Shown one piece after another: positions 1-11,064 of a stretch of DNA of 59,633 nt; position 1 is the stretch's first letter; every line of letters starts with the position of its first letter. Made by a program: the position numbers and the translations under genes. The notes under the pieces were generated by a model, which saw only the letters and a program-made list of their open reading frames with translations, was not told where the DNA came from and ran no database searches. This DNA comes from Sulfurimonas sp. (GTDB lineage: Bacteria > Campylobacterota > Campylobacteria > Campylobacterales > Sulfurimonadaceae), in NCBI GenBank assembly GCA_027071075.1, contig JALSUU010000181.1:1-59633 (forward strand). Reading direction: 5' to 3'.

Positions 1-1028
1 AGATAAAAGCACTCTGGATTACAGCAACGAATCCACTTGTAAGTTTTGTGAACCAAGAGAAGTTGCGTAAGACTCTGGCAAAACTTGATCTTTTAGTAGT
101 CCAAGATGCCTTTTTAGGGGATACGGCTCAGATAGCAGATGTTGTCTTTGCAGCAGCTACTTGGGGTGAGAAAGAGGGGGTTTACACAAACTCAGAGAGA
201 CGCTGTAATCGTGCAAACAAAGCGGTTGAGCCTATTGGTGATGCAAAGAGTGACTTTGATATTATCGTAGAGTTTTCAAAATACTTTGAGGGTGTGAATG
301 AGATGCTCTTTCCAAACTGGAGTAATCCTCGTGATGCTTTTGAGGAGTGGAGAAAAGTGAGTAAGGGGCAGTTATGTGACTACTCAGGAATCACTTATGA
401 ACTTCTTGAAGAGCAGGGTGGAATTCAGTGGCCTTGTAATGAGGAGCGTCCACTTGGAACAAAAAGACTCTACTCTCCTGATATTCCATTTCGTACAGCC
501 GATCAAAAAGCAAAACTTCTTTGTCTTGAGTGGCATCCTATGGCAGAGCCTGCATCACCGAAGTTTCCAGTGATTTTAAATACTGGTAGAACAGTTGAGC
601 AGTGGCACACAAGAACAAAAACAAGAAGCATAGATATACTAGATAATCTAGCACCTGAGGCGTGGGTAGATTTGAGTCCGAAAGATGCTGTTAAACTGAA
701 GGTAAAAAGTGGTGATAGAATGAGCCTCTCTTCACCTCGTGGTCGTGTGGATGATGTAGTTGTACGCGTGACTGGAAGTGTAAGAGAGGGAACAGTTTTT
801 GTACCTTTTCACTTTAATGAGCAACTTGTAAACACTTTGACAAATGATAGTTTCTGTCCAAAGTCTGGTGAGCCAAACTTTAAACAGACGGCTATTCAAC
901 TCCACTCAGAGGAAGTTCCAGAGGGATTAAAACTTGAAGAACAAGAGATAAGTGGAGCAATAGCGCATCATAAGGTTGTGTTTGAAGGTGTATCTTTTAA
1001 GGAAAAAGAGATGGCCGCAAAGGCGTAG
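1..1028 (+). CDS. Molybdopterin oxidoreductase, C-terminal part; probably the assimilatory nitrate reductase catalytic subunit (NarB/NasA type). 5'-truncated by the window edge.
   Basis: The frame is open from position 3 (IKALWITATNP...). Motifs: ADVVFAAATWGEKEGVYTNSERR, LNTGRTVEQWHTRTKT, VFVPFHF, SGEPNFK (Mo-bisPGD binding domain). It lies directly upstream of nirA. Confidence 0.8.
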   Translation, partial: IKALWITATNPLVSFVNQEKLRKTLAKLDLLVVQDAFLGDTAQIADVVFAAATWGEKEGVYTNSERRCNRANKAVEPIGDAKSDFDIIVEFSKYFEGVNEMLFPNWSNPRDAFEEWRKVSKGQLCDYSGITYELLEEQGGIQWPCNEERPLGTKRLYSPDIPFRTADQKAKLLCLEWHPMAEPASPKFPVILNTGRTVEQWHTRTKTRSIDILDNLAPEAWVDLSPKDAVKLKVKSGDRMSLSSPRGRVDDVVVRVTGSVREGTVFVPFHFNEQLVNTLTNDSFCPKSGEPNFKQTAIQLHSEEVPEGLKLEEQEISGAIAHHKVVFEGVSFKEKEMAAKA

Positions 1029-1111
1029 TGTAGAAAAAATAATCAAAAAAAAGTAAAATTTTGATGAAAAAAAGATAAAATACAAAAAAAATTGCAGGAT
1101 AGACTGAAATT

Positions 1112-3025
1112 ATGGAAGCACTACAAAAAGCATACGAAGCTAGAAGTAAAAAGATTAACAAGATTGAGAAAGTAAAAGATTCTAAAACGCCACAAGAGGC
1201 GTATGATAAGTTAGAAGAGTATGCTGCCAATGGGTTTGATAGTGTCCCCGAAGAGGATAAGACTTACTTTTTAAAGTGTTTTGGTATCTACTATAGACCT
1301 GCGACACCTGAAAAGTTTATGTTAAAACTGCGTATTCCTGGTGGATTTATGCGTGCGAAGCAGGCACTTGTAATTGGTGAGTGTGCAAAAGAGTTTGGGC
1401 AGGATTATCTTGACCTTACAACGCGTCAGCAGTGTGAGTTGCGTTATTTGAGCATAGACTCTCTGCCTATTATCATCAAAAGACTTGAGAGTGTGGGTAT
1501 TACAGCATATCAAACTGGAGTGGACAATATCCGTGGTATAGTTGCCGATCCTTTTGATGATTTAGCCTTTGATAATGTACTCCCTTCTCATGAAACACTT
1601 TTAAAAATCCAAGAAAAATTTTTGAAAAATCCTGATTGGATCTCTACACTTCCAAGAAAATTTAACACTTCTATCTCAGGAAACCTCTCAAATCGTTGTA
1701 ATGTTTATGGAAATGATTGCTGTTTTACTCTTGCGCAAAAAGATGGAATATTTGGTTATAACCTCTATCTTGGTGGTCGTGTTGGGCATATTGCAAAGAG
1801 TGCGGATATCTTTTTGAAAAATGAGGAAGAAGTTGTAGCAGCATTCTCTTCTATCACTGACCTCTTTAAAAGATTTGGTTTCCGTGACAACAGAAACAAA
1901 AATAGACTTATATTTCTCATAGAAGCAGTTGGTATGCAAGCAATGGCTGATGCAATCCGTGAAAATGCAGGTATAGATTTCGCAAGAGCGGGTGAGACGA
2001 TGACAAAGATGGATTATATTGAACCTGATCATGGAAAGATTCAACTGCGTGATGGAACAGTAGGTGTTCACACTGTAGTGCCTTCTGGAATGTTTAAGGG
2101 TTCTGCACTCATGAGTGCTTCTCTTCTTGCGAACAAATATGGAAATGGAGAGCTTCGTTTTGATATAGAACAGAGTTTTTACATTATGGGTGTCAAAGAT
2201 GTAGATGCACTCTTAAAAGAGCCATTTTTTCAAGAGTATAAAAATATAAATACGCCTTACTTTAATCATCTTATCGCCTGTGCAGGAACAGATCACTGTC
2301 CTTTTGGCGTGATAGAGAATAAAAATGATGCAATTACTATGGCTAGTTATTTGAGCGAAAAAGTACCTTTAGAGAGTGGACGACTGCGAATGTACTGGTC
2401 TGCTTGTGTCAAAGGGTGTGGTATTCATGGTCTTGGTGATATCGGTTTTGAAGGGTGTAAGGCGAAAGTAGATGGTGTTAATGGATTTGGTGTACATATT
2501 TACCTTGGTGGAAAACTTATGGGTGAGTCTGTTGAAGGTCATACTGCTATAAAATCAGCTCCCCTAGAGTATGCGAAGTACTATGTGGAGTCATTGGCTC
2601 TAGAGTATAAAAGAATGCGAAAAGAGGGTGAGCCTTTTGAGGCTTTTCATGATAGAGTTCTCAAGAACTACACATCTGCAAAAATTGGTTTTATGATGAT
2701 GCTCTTAGCTTACTTTAGAACGAAAAATATCGAAGTTGATTTTGGTTTTGAAGAGAGAGTTTTAACGGGTAAAAATGAAGAGTTTGAAGTTTTTGAACTT
2801 GGTCGTAAACTCTTTTATCTCTTTGCAAAAGAGGAAGCATATACATCTTATGATCGTTTTACAAATGTCAATAAGCGTGAAAAACTAGCAAATATTAGAA
2901 AAATAAATCCTGATATTGATGAAAATATTGCGCTTATGTTAGAGTCTATTTTACATCAAGAGGAGAATAGAAGAGCGGTTGTTTTCTCCGAAATTCAGCC
3001 CTTTGTCATGCTTTATTCAAAATAG
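1112..3025 (+). CDS. nirA: Ferredoxin-nitrite reductase (siroheme/[4Fe-4S])
   Basis: FMLKLRIPGG, LTTRQ, LPRKFN and cluster ligands ACAGTDHC...SACVKGCG; adjacent to a nitrate reductase. Confidence 0.85.
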   Translation: MEALQKAYEARSKKINKIEKVKDSKTPQEAYDKLEEYAANGFDSVPEEDKTYFLKCFGIYYRPATPEKFMLKLRIPGGFMRAKQALVIGECAKEFGQDYLDLTTRQQCELRYLSIDSLPIIIKRLESVGITAYQTGVDNIRGIVADPFDDLAFDNVLPSHETLLKIQEKFLKNPDWISTLPRKFNTSISGNLSNRCNVYGNDCCFTLAQKDGIFGYNLYLGGRVGHIAKSADIFLKNEEEVVAAFSSITDLFKRFGFRDNRNKNRLIFLIEAVGMQAMADAIRENAGIDFARAGETMTKMDYIEPDHGKIQLRDGTVGVHTVVPSGMFKGSALMSASLLANKYGNGELRFDIEQSFYIMGVKDVDALLKEPFFQEYKNINTPYFNHLIACAGTDHCPFGVIENKNDAITMASYLSEKVPLESGRLRMYWSACVKGCGIHGLGDIGFEGCKAKVDGVNGFGVHIYLGGKLMGESVEGHTAIKSAPLEYAKYYVESLALEYKRMRKEGEPFEAFHDRVLKNYTSAKIGFMMMLLAYFRTKNIEVDFGFEERVLTGKNEEFEVFELGRKLFYLFAKEEAYTSYDRFTNVNKREKLANIRKINPDIDENIALMLESILHQEENRRAVVFSEIQPFVMLYSK

Positions 3026-3062
3026 AAAAGTCTTTCAAAGCAGATTTAAAGAGATTTTTTTG

Positions 3063-3068
3063 TATAAT
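3063..3068 (+). promoter_or_regulatory. Putative sigma70 -10 box for the pyrH operon
   Basis: TATAAT preceded by a T-tract, ~30 nt upstream of the pyrH start; typical Campylobacterota promoter layout. Confidence 0.5.
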
Positions 3069-3083
3069 TCACTAATTTTGTAA

Positions 3084-3812
<729 letters not shown>

Positions 3813-3835
3813 TAAATTAAGAAGGACTAAAATAT

Positions 3836-4054
3836 ATGAAAACGGAAGAATTAACAGCAAAAATCTTAACAGAAAATCCAAATATGGATCGTTATCAATT
3901 AGCGATAGCCGTAGCAACGAGATCTGATGAGTTAGAAAATGGTGCACAGAGTAAGTTAAGTGTAAATACAAATTTAGTTAAATCAGCTGATTTAGCGTTA
4001 ATGGAAATTGCAGAAGGGCTTGTTGTAGTGAAAGGCTTTTCTGACATAGAGTAA
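3836..4054 (+). CDS. rpoZ: RNA polymerase omega subunit
   Basis: 72 aa with DRYQLAIAVA...ALMEIAEG; position between pyrH and spoT. Confidence 0.88.
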   Translation: MKTEELTAKILTENPNMDRYQLAIAVATRSDELENGAQSKLSVNTNLVKSADLALMEIAEGLVVVKGFSDIE

Positions 4055-4064
4055 GAAATCCATT

Positions 4065-6218
4065 GTGGGACTCTCACAAGTAGAGATAGAAAAAGTCAAA
4101 CATATTCATGATGTTGACTCTGCTATCACATACCTTTTTTCCCACATAGAGCCGAGTAAACAACTCGAAGAAGCTCTCTCCTTCTCAATAGAAGCGCATA
4201 AACAGCAGTTTCGTAAAAGTGGAGAACCTTATATAATTCATCCCATACTTGTTGCATCGATAGTTGTCTCTATTACAGCAGATGAATCCATGGCAATAGC
4301 AGCACTTCTTCATGATGTTGTAGAAGATACCTCAATAAATATAGAAAAAATCGAAGAACTTTTTGGAAAAGATGTCGCACATTTAGTCGAAGGTCTTACA
4401 AAAATTGACCTTATTCGTGATAGCGAACTTATCCCCTCACACCTTAATGAAAGATTGGCAACATCTGCTTTGACCTTTAGAAAAATGCTACTAGCAAGTA
4501 TTGAAGATGTGCGTGTTTTAGTGGTTAAGCTTTGTGATAGACTGCATAATATGCTCACGCTTGATGCACTTGCCGAACATAAGCAACTTCGAATAGCAGA
4601 AGAGACTTTGGTTGTATATGCACCTATCGCACACCGTTTAGGTATTAGTTTTCTTAAAAATATTCTTGAAGATTTGAGTTTTTCTTATCTCTTTAAAGAA
4701 GATAAGCATCATATTGATAACTATCTTGATACAAATTACCATGCTATAGAGTTAAAACTAAATGATTTTAAAGAGGCTATCACTACACTTTTAATAAAAA
4801 ATGGATTTTGTGAAGATGATTTTGAGATTCTTTCTCGTGTAAAACACCGTTATTCTATCTACTTAAAGATGCAGAGAAAGGGTGTTAGTATTGATGAAGT
4901 ACTTGATCTTTTAGCGGTGCGTATCTTAGTAAAAGATGATGTGAAATGCTATAATGTATTGGGTCTTATTCATCTGCATTTTCGTCCACTTGCTTCTCGT
5001 TTTAAAGATTATATAGCGGTTGCAAAAGATAATGGTTATCAGACAATTCACACAAGTGTATTTTATAATACTGCTATTTTTGAAGTACAGATTAGAACAT
5101 TTGAGATGCATAAAACAGCTGAACTTGGTGTTGCTGCTCACTGGAAGTATAAGAGTGGGGCGAGTAATATTAAACTTGATTGGCTTGATAATCTGCAGTA
5201 TCAAAATGAGTCTGTTGAAGAGTTCTATGATTTAGTAAAAAATGATCTCTACTCTGAAGATATATCTGTTTTTTCACCAACAGGCGATGCATATACTCTA
5301 CCTCGTGGTGCTGTTGTTTTAGATTTTGCTTATGCAGTGCATAGTGAGGTAGGAAACAAGGCAGTCTCAGCATTGGTAAATAAGACAAAGTCTTCTCTCT
5401 TAACAGAGCTTAATAATGGTGATATTGTGAAAGTTGTTATGGCAGATAAACTCATTACCCGTTGTTCTTGGATTGATGCAGTGAAGACAAGTCGTGCACA
5501 GACAAATATGAAGATAAATTGTAATGCAAAAGTGCGTGAGATAGATGTGAAGTCTGCTATAAATATGGTTGCAACTGCTATGAGCTTAAGTACGCATAGA
5601 ATAAAAGAGTGGTTTGAAAGTAATCATTGTGATAGTGTTGCAAGTATTCCTTATGATATTGAACATTTAAAACATGTACTCCATAGATATACTTCAGAGA
5701 TAAATAAAAATAGTCGTTTTAAAAACTTTTTATCCCGTCATAGATTTAAACTGAAAAATACACAAATAGCGGGACTTGATATTTATGCTACTACAAATGT
5801 TAATGATGTTGTTTTTGACTACTGCTGTCACCCAAAAACAGGGGATGAAGTCGTTGGATTTTTAGCAAAAAACAAGGTAAATGTACACCATAAGATGTGT
5901 AAAGAGGCTTATAAAAAACTTGAAAATGATGACCCAATGGTATATGTTGCTTGGGCACATCAAAAAATCTTTAAGTACAAGCTTATTGCATCCCTGCATA
6001 ATGAAAAAGGTGCCTTAGCAGAGTTTTTAACATACTTAGTGAAGTTAAATATTGACATTAGCACTATTGAACTTGGAAAAGAGAGTGAGAACTATACGAA
6101 GTATTGTGAACTTGGTTTTGAGTCAAAAGAAGCTGATATTAATATTTTGCGTGTTAAAATAGAGAGCAAAATTAAAGTAATACAACTCATCCGCAGTGAT
6201 GATGCATATAAAAATTAA
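4065..6218 (+). CDS. spoT: Bifunctional (p)ppGpp synthetase/hydrolase
   Basis: HD domain (RKSGEPYIIHP, LLHDVVED), synthetase (NGYQTIHT, EVQIRT), TGS (LDFAYAVHSEVG), CCHP, C-terminal ACT-like domain. Confidence 0.95.
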   Translation: MGLSQVEIEKVKHIHDVDSAITYLFSHIEPSKQLEEALSFSIEAHKQQFRKSGEPYIIHPILVASIVVSITADESMAIAALLHDVVEDTSINIEKIEELFGKDVAHLVEGLTKIDLIRDSELIPSHLNERLATSALTFRKMLLASIEDVRVLVVKLCDRLHNMLTLDALAEHKQLRIAEETLVVYAPIAHRLGISFLKNILEDLSFSYLFKEDKHHIDNYLDTNYHAIELKLNDFKEAITTLLIKNGFCEDDFEILSRVKHRYSIYLKMQRKGVSIDEVLDLLAVRILVKDDVKCYNVLGLIHLHFRPLASRFKDYIAVAKDNGYQTIHTSVFYNTAIFEVQIRTFEMHKTAELGVAAHWKYKSGASNIKLDWLDNLQYQNESVEEFYDLVKNDLYSEDISVFSPTGDAYTLPRGAVVLDFAYAVHSEVGNKAVSALVNKTKSSLLTELNNGDIVKVVMADKLITRCSWIDAVKTSRAQTNMKINCNAKVREIDVKSAINMVATAMSLSTHRIKEWFESNHCDSVASIPYDIEHLKHVLHRYTSEINKNSRFKNFLSRHRFKLKNTQIAGLDIYATTNVNDVVFDYCCHPKTGDEVVGFLAKNKVNVHHKMCKEAYKKLENDDPMVYVAWAHQKIFKYKLIASLHNEKGALAEFLTYLVKLNIDISTIELGKESENYTKYCELGFESKEADINILRVKIESKIKVIQLIRSDDAYKN

Positions 6219-6245
6219 ATAATTATTATTGGAGAGATATAAAAA

Positions 6246-7445
6246 ATGATGAACGAAGCACTACGCGAAATAAATAGAGGTACTGCAGAAATAATTGATA
6301 GTGAGAGAATAGAGAAGCTCTTAAAAGCTTATTTTGAAGAGGGTAAAAACTATACTGTAAAAGCTGGTTTTGATCCTACTGCTCCTGATTTACACCTTGG
6401 ACATACTGTTTTACTGCAAAAGCTTGCAATATTTCAAAAGTATGGTGGTCGTGTACAGTTCCTTATAGGAAGTTTTACTGCTATGATTGGTGATCCAACT
6501 GGTAAAAATGCAACTCGTAAGGTTCTTACAAAAGAGGATATTGTTAAAAATATAGAGTCCTATACAACGCAAGCATTTAAAATCCTAGATAAAGAGAAGA
6601 CAGACATCGTTTACAATAACGAATGGCTAGATGATTTAGGTGCAGCAGGTATGTTACAACTTGCATCAAACCTTACTGTAGCGCGTATGTTAGAACGCGA
6701 TGACTTCTCAAAGCGTTATGCATCACAAACTCCTATTGCTGTGAGTGAGTTTATGTATCCACTCCTTCAAGGCTACGATAGTGTTTATCTAAAGTCTGAC
6801 ATTGAGATAGGTGGAACGGATCAAAAATTTAATCTCCTTATGGGTCGTCAACTCCAAAAAGCGTATGAAATCAAGAAGCAACAAGCTGTTTTAATGATGC
6901 CAATTTTAGAGGGTCTTGATGGTGTAAATAAGATGAGTAAATCTTTAGGAAACTATATAGGTGTAACGGATGCACCAAATGATATGTTTGGAAAAGTATT
7001 AAGCGTTTCCGATGAGTTGATGTGGAGATTTTATGAACTTTTAAGTGCAAAAACTTTAGATGAGATTGCATCATTAAAAGCTGGAGTAGAAGATGGTTCA
7101 CTGCATCCTAAAAAGGTTAAAGAGGCGTTAGCTATAGAGATAACTGCTCGTTTTCACTCTGATGAAGAGGCAAAAAATGCTAAAGAAGAGTTTGATAAAG
7201 TACACACAAAAAGCCAAATTCCAACAGATATAGATGAATTTAGTTGTGAAGGTGATATTTGGATTGCAAAGGCATTGTTAGATTGTAACATTGAGCCATC
7301 AACTTCACAAGCAAGAAGAGATATTAAGCAAGGTGGTGTTAAAATAAACCAAGAAAAAGTGACTGATGATAAGTTACAACTAACAACTGGTGAGTATTTA
7401 CTTCAAGTTGGAAAAAGAAAATTTGCAAAACTAAAGGTAAATTAA
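6246..7445 (+). CDS. tyrS: Tyrosine-tRNA ligase
   Basis: GFDPTAPDLHLGH (HIGH), KMSKS, C-terminal S4 domain. Confidence 0.97.
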   Translation: MMNEALREINRGTAEIIDSERIEKLLKAYFEEGKNYTVKAGFDPTAPDLHLGHTVLLQKLAIFQKYGGRVQFLIGSFTAMIGDPTGKNATRKVLTKEDIVKNIESYTTQAFKILDKEKTDIVYNNEWLDDLGAAGMLQLASNLTVARMLERDDFSKRYASQTPIAVSEFMYPLLQGYDSVYLKSDIEIGGTDQKFNLLMGRQLQKAYEIKKQQAVLMMPILEGLDGVNKMSKSLGNYIGVTDAPNDMFGKVLSVSDELMWRFYELLSAKTLDEIASLKAGVEDGSLHPKKVKEALAIEITARFHSDEEAKNAKEEFDKVHTKSQIPTDIDEFSCEGDIWIAKALLDCNIEPSTSQARRDIKQGGVKINQEKVTDDKLQLTTGEYLLQVGKRKFAKLKVN

Positions 7446-8536
7446 TGAGCTTTAACTCTTTAAAAATTGGAAAATACACTATTGAAAAGCCTATCGTTCA
7501 AGGTGGTATGGGTGTAGGAATAAGTTGGGATCAACTTGCTGGAAATGTTTCAAAAGAGGGTGGTCTAGGAGTTATTAGTTCTGTTGGAACGGGGTATTTT
7601 TTAGATAAAAAATTTGCAGGAAAACTTGTCGCAAATAGACCACTAAGTGAAGATAACTTTTACTCAAGAGATGGGTTTGAAGCTATCATTAAAAGTGCAA
7701 GAGAGATTTGTGGTGATAAACCACTTGCGGCAAATATTTTGTATGCTATTAATGGTTATGGGGATGTAGTGCGTAATGCTTGTGAACTAGGTGTTGACAT
7801 CATTATTACTGGAGCAGGACTTCCTACTAATATGCCAGAGTTTACAGAGGGGTATCCTGATGTAGCACTTGTGCCTATTGTCTCCTCTGCAAAAGCACTA
7901 AAAATTATCTGTAAGCGTTGGAAAAAGCGTTATGATCGTCTTCCTGATGCAGTTGTTGTTGAGGGTCCAAAGTCTGGTGGTCACCAAGGTTTTACTTATG
8001 AGCAGTGTAAGATGGAAGAGAATCAACTTGAAAATATCGTAACTCCTGTTGTTGAAGAAGCAGCAAAGTGGGGAGATATTCCTGTTATCGCTGCTGGTGG
8101 TGTTTGGGATAAGTCAGATATAGAAGATATGATGCATCGTGGTGCTCGTGGCGTACAGATGGGAACTCGTTTTATCGGTACACATGAGTGTGATGCACAT
8201 GAAAACTTGAAAAAAGTACTACTTGATGCAAAAAAAGATGATATCCAACTTATGGGTTCTCCTGTTGGATATCCTGCTCAAGGTGTTGTAACCAATCTTA
8301 CTCATATGGTTGAAAAAAGAGAGGGACCTGCTATTAAGTGTATCTCTAACTGTGTAGCACCTTGTAACCGTGGTGAAGAGGCAAAGGTAGTCGGTTTTTG
8401 TATTGCCGATAGACTCTCTGATGCCTATGAAGGTAATCTTGAAACAGGTCTTTTCTTCTCTGGAACAAATGGGTATAGACTCAAAGAGATTATCTCTGTA
8501 AAAGAGTTGATGACAAAACTTATAGAGGGTGAATAA
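7445..8536 (+). CDS. fabX: Nitronate-monooxygenase/FabK-fold flavoprotein; probable FabX acyl-ACP dehydrogenase/isomerase
   Basis: PIVQGGMGVG, EGPKSGGHQG, four-Cys motif CISNCVAPC...FCIAD; same tyrS-X-amiA position as Helicobacter pylori fabX. Confidence 0.72.
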   Translation: MSFNSLKIGKYTIEKPIVQGGMGVGISWDQLAGNVSKEGGLGVISSVGTGYFLDKKFAGKLVANRPLSEDNFYSRDGFEAIIKSAREICGDKPLAANILYAINGYGDVVRNACELGVDIIITGAGLPTNMPEFTEGYPDVALVPIVSSAKALKIICKRWKKRYDRLPDAVVVEGPKSGGHQGFTYEQCKMEENQLENIVTPVVEEAAKWGDIPVIAAGGVWDKSDIEDMMHRGARGVQMGTRFIGTHECDAHENLKKVLLDAKKDDIQLMGSPVGYPAQGVVTNLTHMVEKREGPAIKCISNCVAPCNRGEEAKVVGFCIADRLSDAYEGNLETGLFFSGTNGYRLKEIISVKELMTKLIEGE

Positions 8537-8543
8537 GTAGCGA

Positions 8544-9950
8544 ATGTTTCGTTCATTAGTTTTCCTTCTTCTTTTAGCTATATCGCTGAGTGCACTGAGC
8601 GATACAGCTATTCTAAAGCGTGCAAAAACGCTTGTAAACTCCTCTAGTAAAAGTAATCAATTTCGTGCTTACAATGACTATAAAAATCTCTATTTGCGTT
8701 CTTTGATGCATGAAGATAGTGCCTTAAGAAGAAGTGCTTTAGTGGGTATTATTAAGAGTGGAAATAAACTCCACATAGATGTTTCTCAGTATGCAAAAGA
8801 GTTGGCTTCACTCAAAAAAGTATCTTCCTATAAAGCACCAAAGCCAAAAAAAATAAAAAAACCAAAATCTAATAAAAAACTTACAGTAAAATCAACACAT
8901 AAACTAAAATCTATTCGCTGGAAAGATAATCGTCTTCTGCTCTACTTTGATAAAAAACTACGAAATAATCAGATAAACTATTTTACTTCCTATGATAAAA
9001 AAACAAAACGATATAAATATATTTTTGATATTCATGCATCAATGCTTATTCGCTCTCAAAATTTAAGAAAAGATGGGATAGATAGTATAAAAATAGCACA
9101 ACACAATACAAATACTCTACGCTTAGTTGTATCAAATCGCTCGAAAGTATCTGTTCGTTTTAAAAAAGAAGATCGTAAATTAGTGATTAATATAGTAGGA
9201 AAAAAGTATAAAAAAACGAGTGTGTATACTTCTCAACCTAAGTATAAACCAAAGACTCCAAAAAGAGTAGATAGAGATAAAATTATTGTTATTGATGCAG
9301 GGCATGGTGGGAAGGATCCTGGTGCAATAGGGTATAAAAAGTATAGAGAAAAAGTCGTAGTTTTGCAGATAGCGCAAGAGTTAAAAAAAGTTTTAAAATC
9401 TCGTGGATATAAGATTTATATGACGCGTGATTCAGATAAGTTTATTCGACTTAGAAATAGAACAAGATTGGCAAATAGAAAAAAAGCAGATCTTTTTATT
9501 AGTATTCATGCGAATGCTGTTGGGAAAAAGAGTGCAAAAAAAGTACATGGTCTAGAGTGTTACTTCTTAGATAAATCAAGGTCTGCGCGTGCAAAACGGG
9601 TGGCTGCAAGTGAAAATAAAGCAGATTTAAAAGAGATGGATTTTTATGGAAAAGAGAGCTTTTTAAACACACTTAACTCTCATAATATTATCGCTGCAAA
9701 TAAACTGGCAATAGATCTTCAGCGTGCTACTTTATCTTCTTTGAAAAAAAACTTTAAGGGTGTAAAAGATGCAGGTGTTCGACAGGGACCATTTTGGGTT
9801 TTAGTGGGTGCTCAAATGCCTGCAGTTTTAGTTGAAGTTGGGTTTATCACACATCCTAGAGAAGCAAGAAGATTAGTAAATCGTAAATACCAAAAGAGCA
9901 TGGCTCTTGGACTTGCAAATGGTATAAAGAGATATTTTTTAAATAACTAA
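8544..9950 (+). CDS. amiA: N-acetylmuramoyl-L-alanine amidase
   Basis: Signal peptide, Lys-rich N-terminal region, Amidase_3 motifs IDAGHGGKDPGA, SIHANA, VLVEVGFI. Confidence 0.92.
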   Translation: MFRSLVFLLLLAISLSALSDTAILKRAKTLVNSSSKSNQFRAYNDYKNLYLRSLMHEDSALRRSALVGIIKSGNKLHIDVSQYAKELASLKKVSSYKAPKPKKIKKPKSNKKLTVKSTHKLKSIRWKDNRLLLYFDKKLRNNQINYFTSYDKKTKRYKYIFDIHASMLIRSQNLRKDGIDSIKIAQHNTNTLRLVVSNRSKVSVRFKKEDRKLVINIVGKKYKKTSVYTSQPKYKPKTPKRVDRDKIIVIDAGHGGKDPGAIGYKKYREKVVVLQIAQELKKVLKSRGYKIYMTRDSDKFIRLRNRTRLANRKKADLFISIHANAVGKKSAKKVHGLECYFLDKSRSARAKRVAASENKADLKEMDFYGKESFLNTLNSHNIIAANKLAIDLQRATLSSLKKNFKGVKDAGVRQGPFWVLVGAQMPAVLVEVGFITHPREARRLVNRKYQKSMALGLANGIKRYFLNN

Positions 9951-9951
9951 C

Positions 9952-9978
9952 GAGGGGAGATTACTCCTCCTCTTTTTT
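9952..9978 (+). terminator. Putative intrinsic terminator at the convergent amiA/DHH junction
   Basis: GAGGGGAG-ATTA-CTCCTCCTC (one bulge) followed by TTTTTT. Confidence 0.5.
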
Positions 9979-11043
9979 CCACTCTAAATCACCATGAACT
10001 GACTCTTTGTCGTTGATGATAGACTCTATTTGCTGTTTTACCTTGTCGTAAACATACTGCTCTTTAAAGTGAGGGATTCTTCCTCCTGCAGCATTTGGAT
10101 GTCCACCACCATTTGCCCACTCTTTAGATATTTGAGCCACACTTACCTTATAATCAGCGCGAAGACTCATCGCCCCTTTAAAACTAATATCTACGATGAA
10201 ATCATACTCAGGATAAGCAACTAAGAAACCATTTCCAACGATGGAAGTATTGCCCACTGCATACGATAAAAAGCCTTTGTACCCCTTGTAGTAAATAGTA
10301 TTTGTGTGGCGTTGTGAACCTAAAAGTGCTACTACAAAATCAGTTGCCAAGTTATCGAGTGTATCGTTTTTTCCGCGTTTAAAGAACTCTTTTTTGATTA
10401 AGTGAATCTTCTCATCTAAAACAATAGGTGCATCATCGACTGAGATATATTTTACTGCTTCTTCAAGTAGAGTTAACTTATACTCATTGTCTTCATTTGC
10501 AAACATAACACGGTTAAGCTCTCTTGTCTCATTTACAAGACGCATACAGACCTTTCCATACTCAAAGTTATCATGTTCCTCTTTTTTCCATAAATCAACA
10601 GCATTTACGATATCTACATATTTTGACATCCACTCAGGCTCCTGAAATTCAAAATGCTCTTTGGCATAATCGTACATGATTTTTGTAGCACAACGCTCAG
10701 TATCAAGATAGTACCACTCATGTTTTTTCGCACTCTGTGCACCACTTCCATGATGATCTAGGAGTGTGAGTTGGAGGTCTATTTTATCACGGTTACACTT
10801 TGCTACTTCGTGCTCTAACCAGCGAGACTCATCTGCTGTAAGGTTTAAATCGGTAATGAGTATGAGTGATGTCTGTTTTGCTTTTCTGATTTTATCTAGC
10901 ATCAGTGTTAGTTTTGACTTTACTTCTGCGCCATAGTTTGCATTAAAGTTATGGATTTCATAGGGAGTTTGTTTCATTACGAGTTGACAACTGTAGCCAT
11001 CTAGGTCTATATGTGAGAGGTGATAAACAGTTCTATTTTTCAT
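9961..11043 (-). CDS. DHH/DHHA1 family phosphoesterase (NrnB-like nanoRNase)
   Basis: HLSHIDLDG, ITDL, LLDHH, GGGHPNAAGG. Confidence 0.85.
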   Translation of the reverse strand: MKNRTVYHLSHIDLDGYSCQLVMKQTPYEIHNFNANYGAEVKSKLTLMLDKIRKAKQTSLILITDLNLTADESRWLEHEVAKCNRDKIDLQLTLLDHHGSGAQSAKKHEWYYLDTERCATKIMYDYAKEHFEFQEPEWMSKYVDIVNAVDLWKKEEHDNFEYGKVCMRLVNETRELNRVMFANEDNEYKLTLLEEAVKYISVDDAPIVLDEKIHLIKKEFFKRGKNDTLDNLATDFVVALLGSQRHTNTIYYKGYKGFLSYAVGNTSIVGNGFLVAYPEYDFIVDISFKGAMSLRADYKVSVAQISKEWANGGGHPNAAGGRIPHFKEQYVYDKVKQQIESIINDKESVHGDLEWKKEEE

Positions 11044-11064
11044 TTTTTTCCTTAGGTTTTAAAT

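Noticed and set aside
1029-1111. A-tract spacer with ATCAAAA...TTTTGAT, and TAGACT 6 nt before the nirA ATG (possible FNR site or leaderless start)
   Set aside because: The half-sites are in the wrong orientation and spacing for FNR; a leaderless start cannot be separated from read-through without TSS data.
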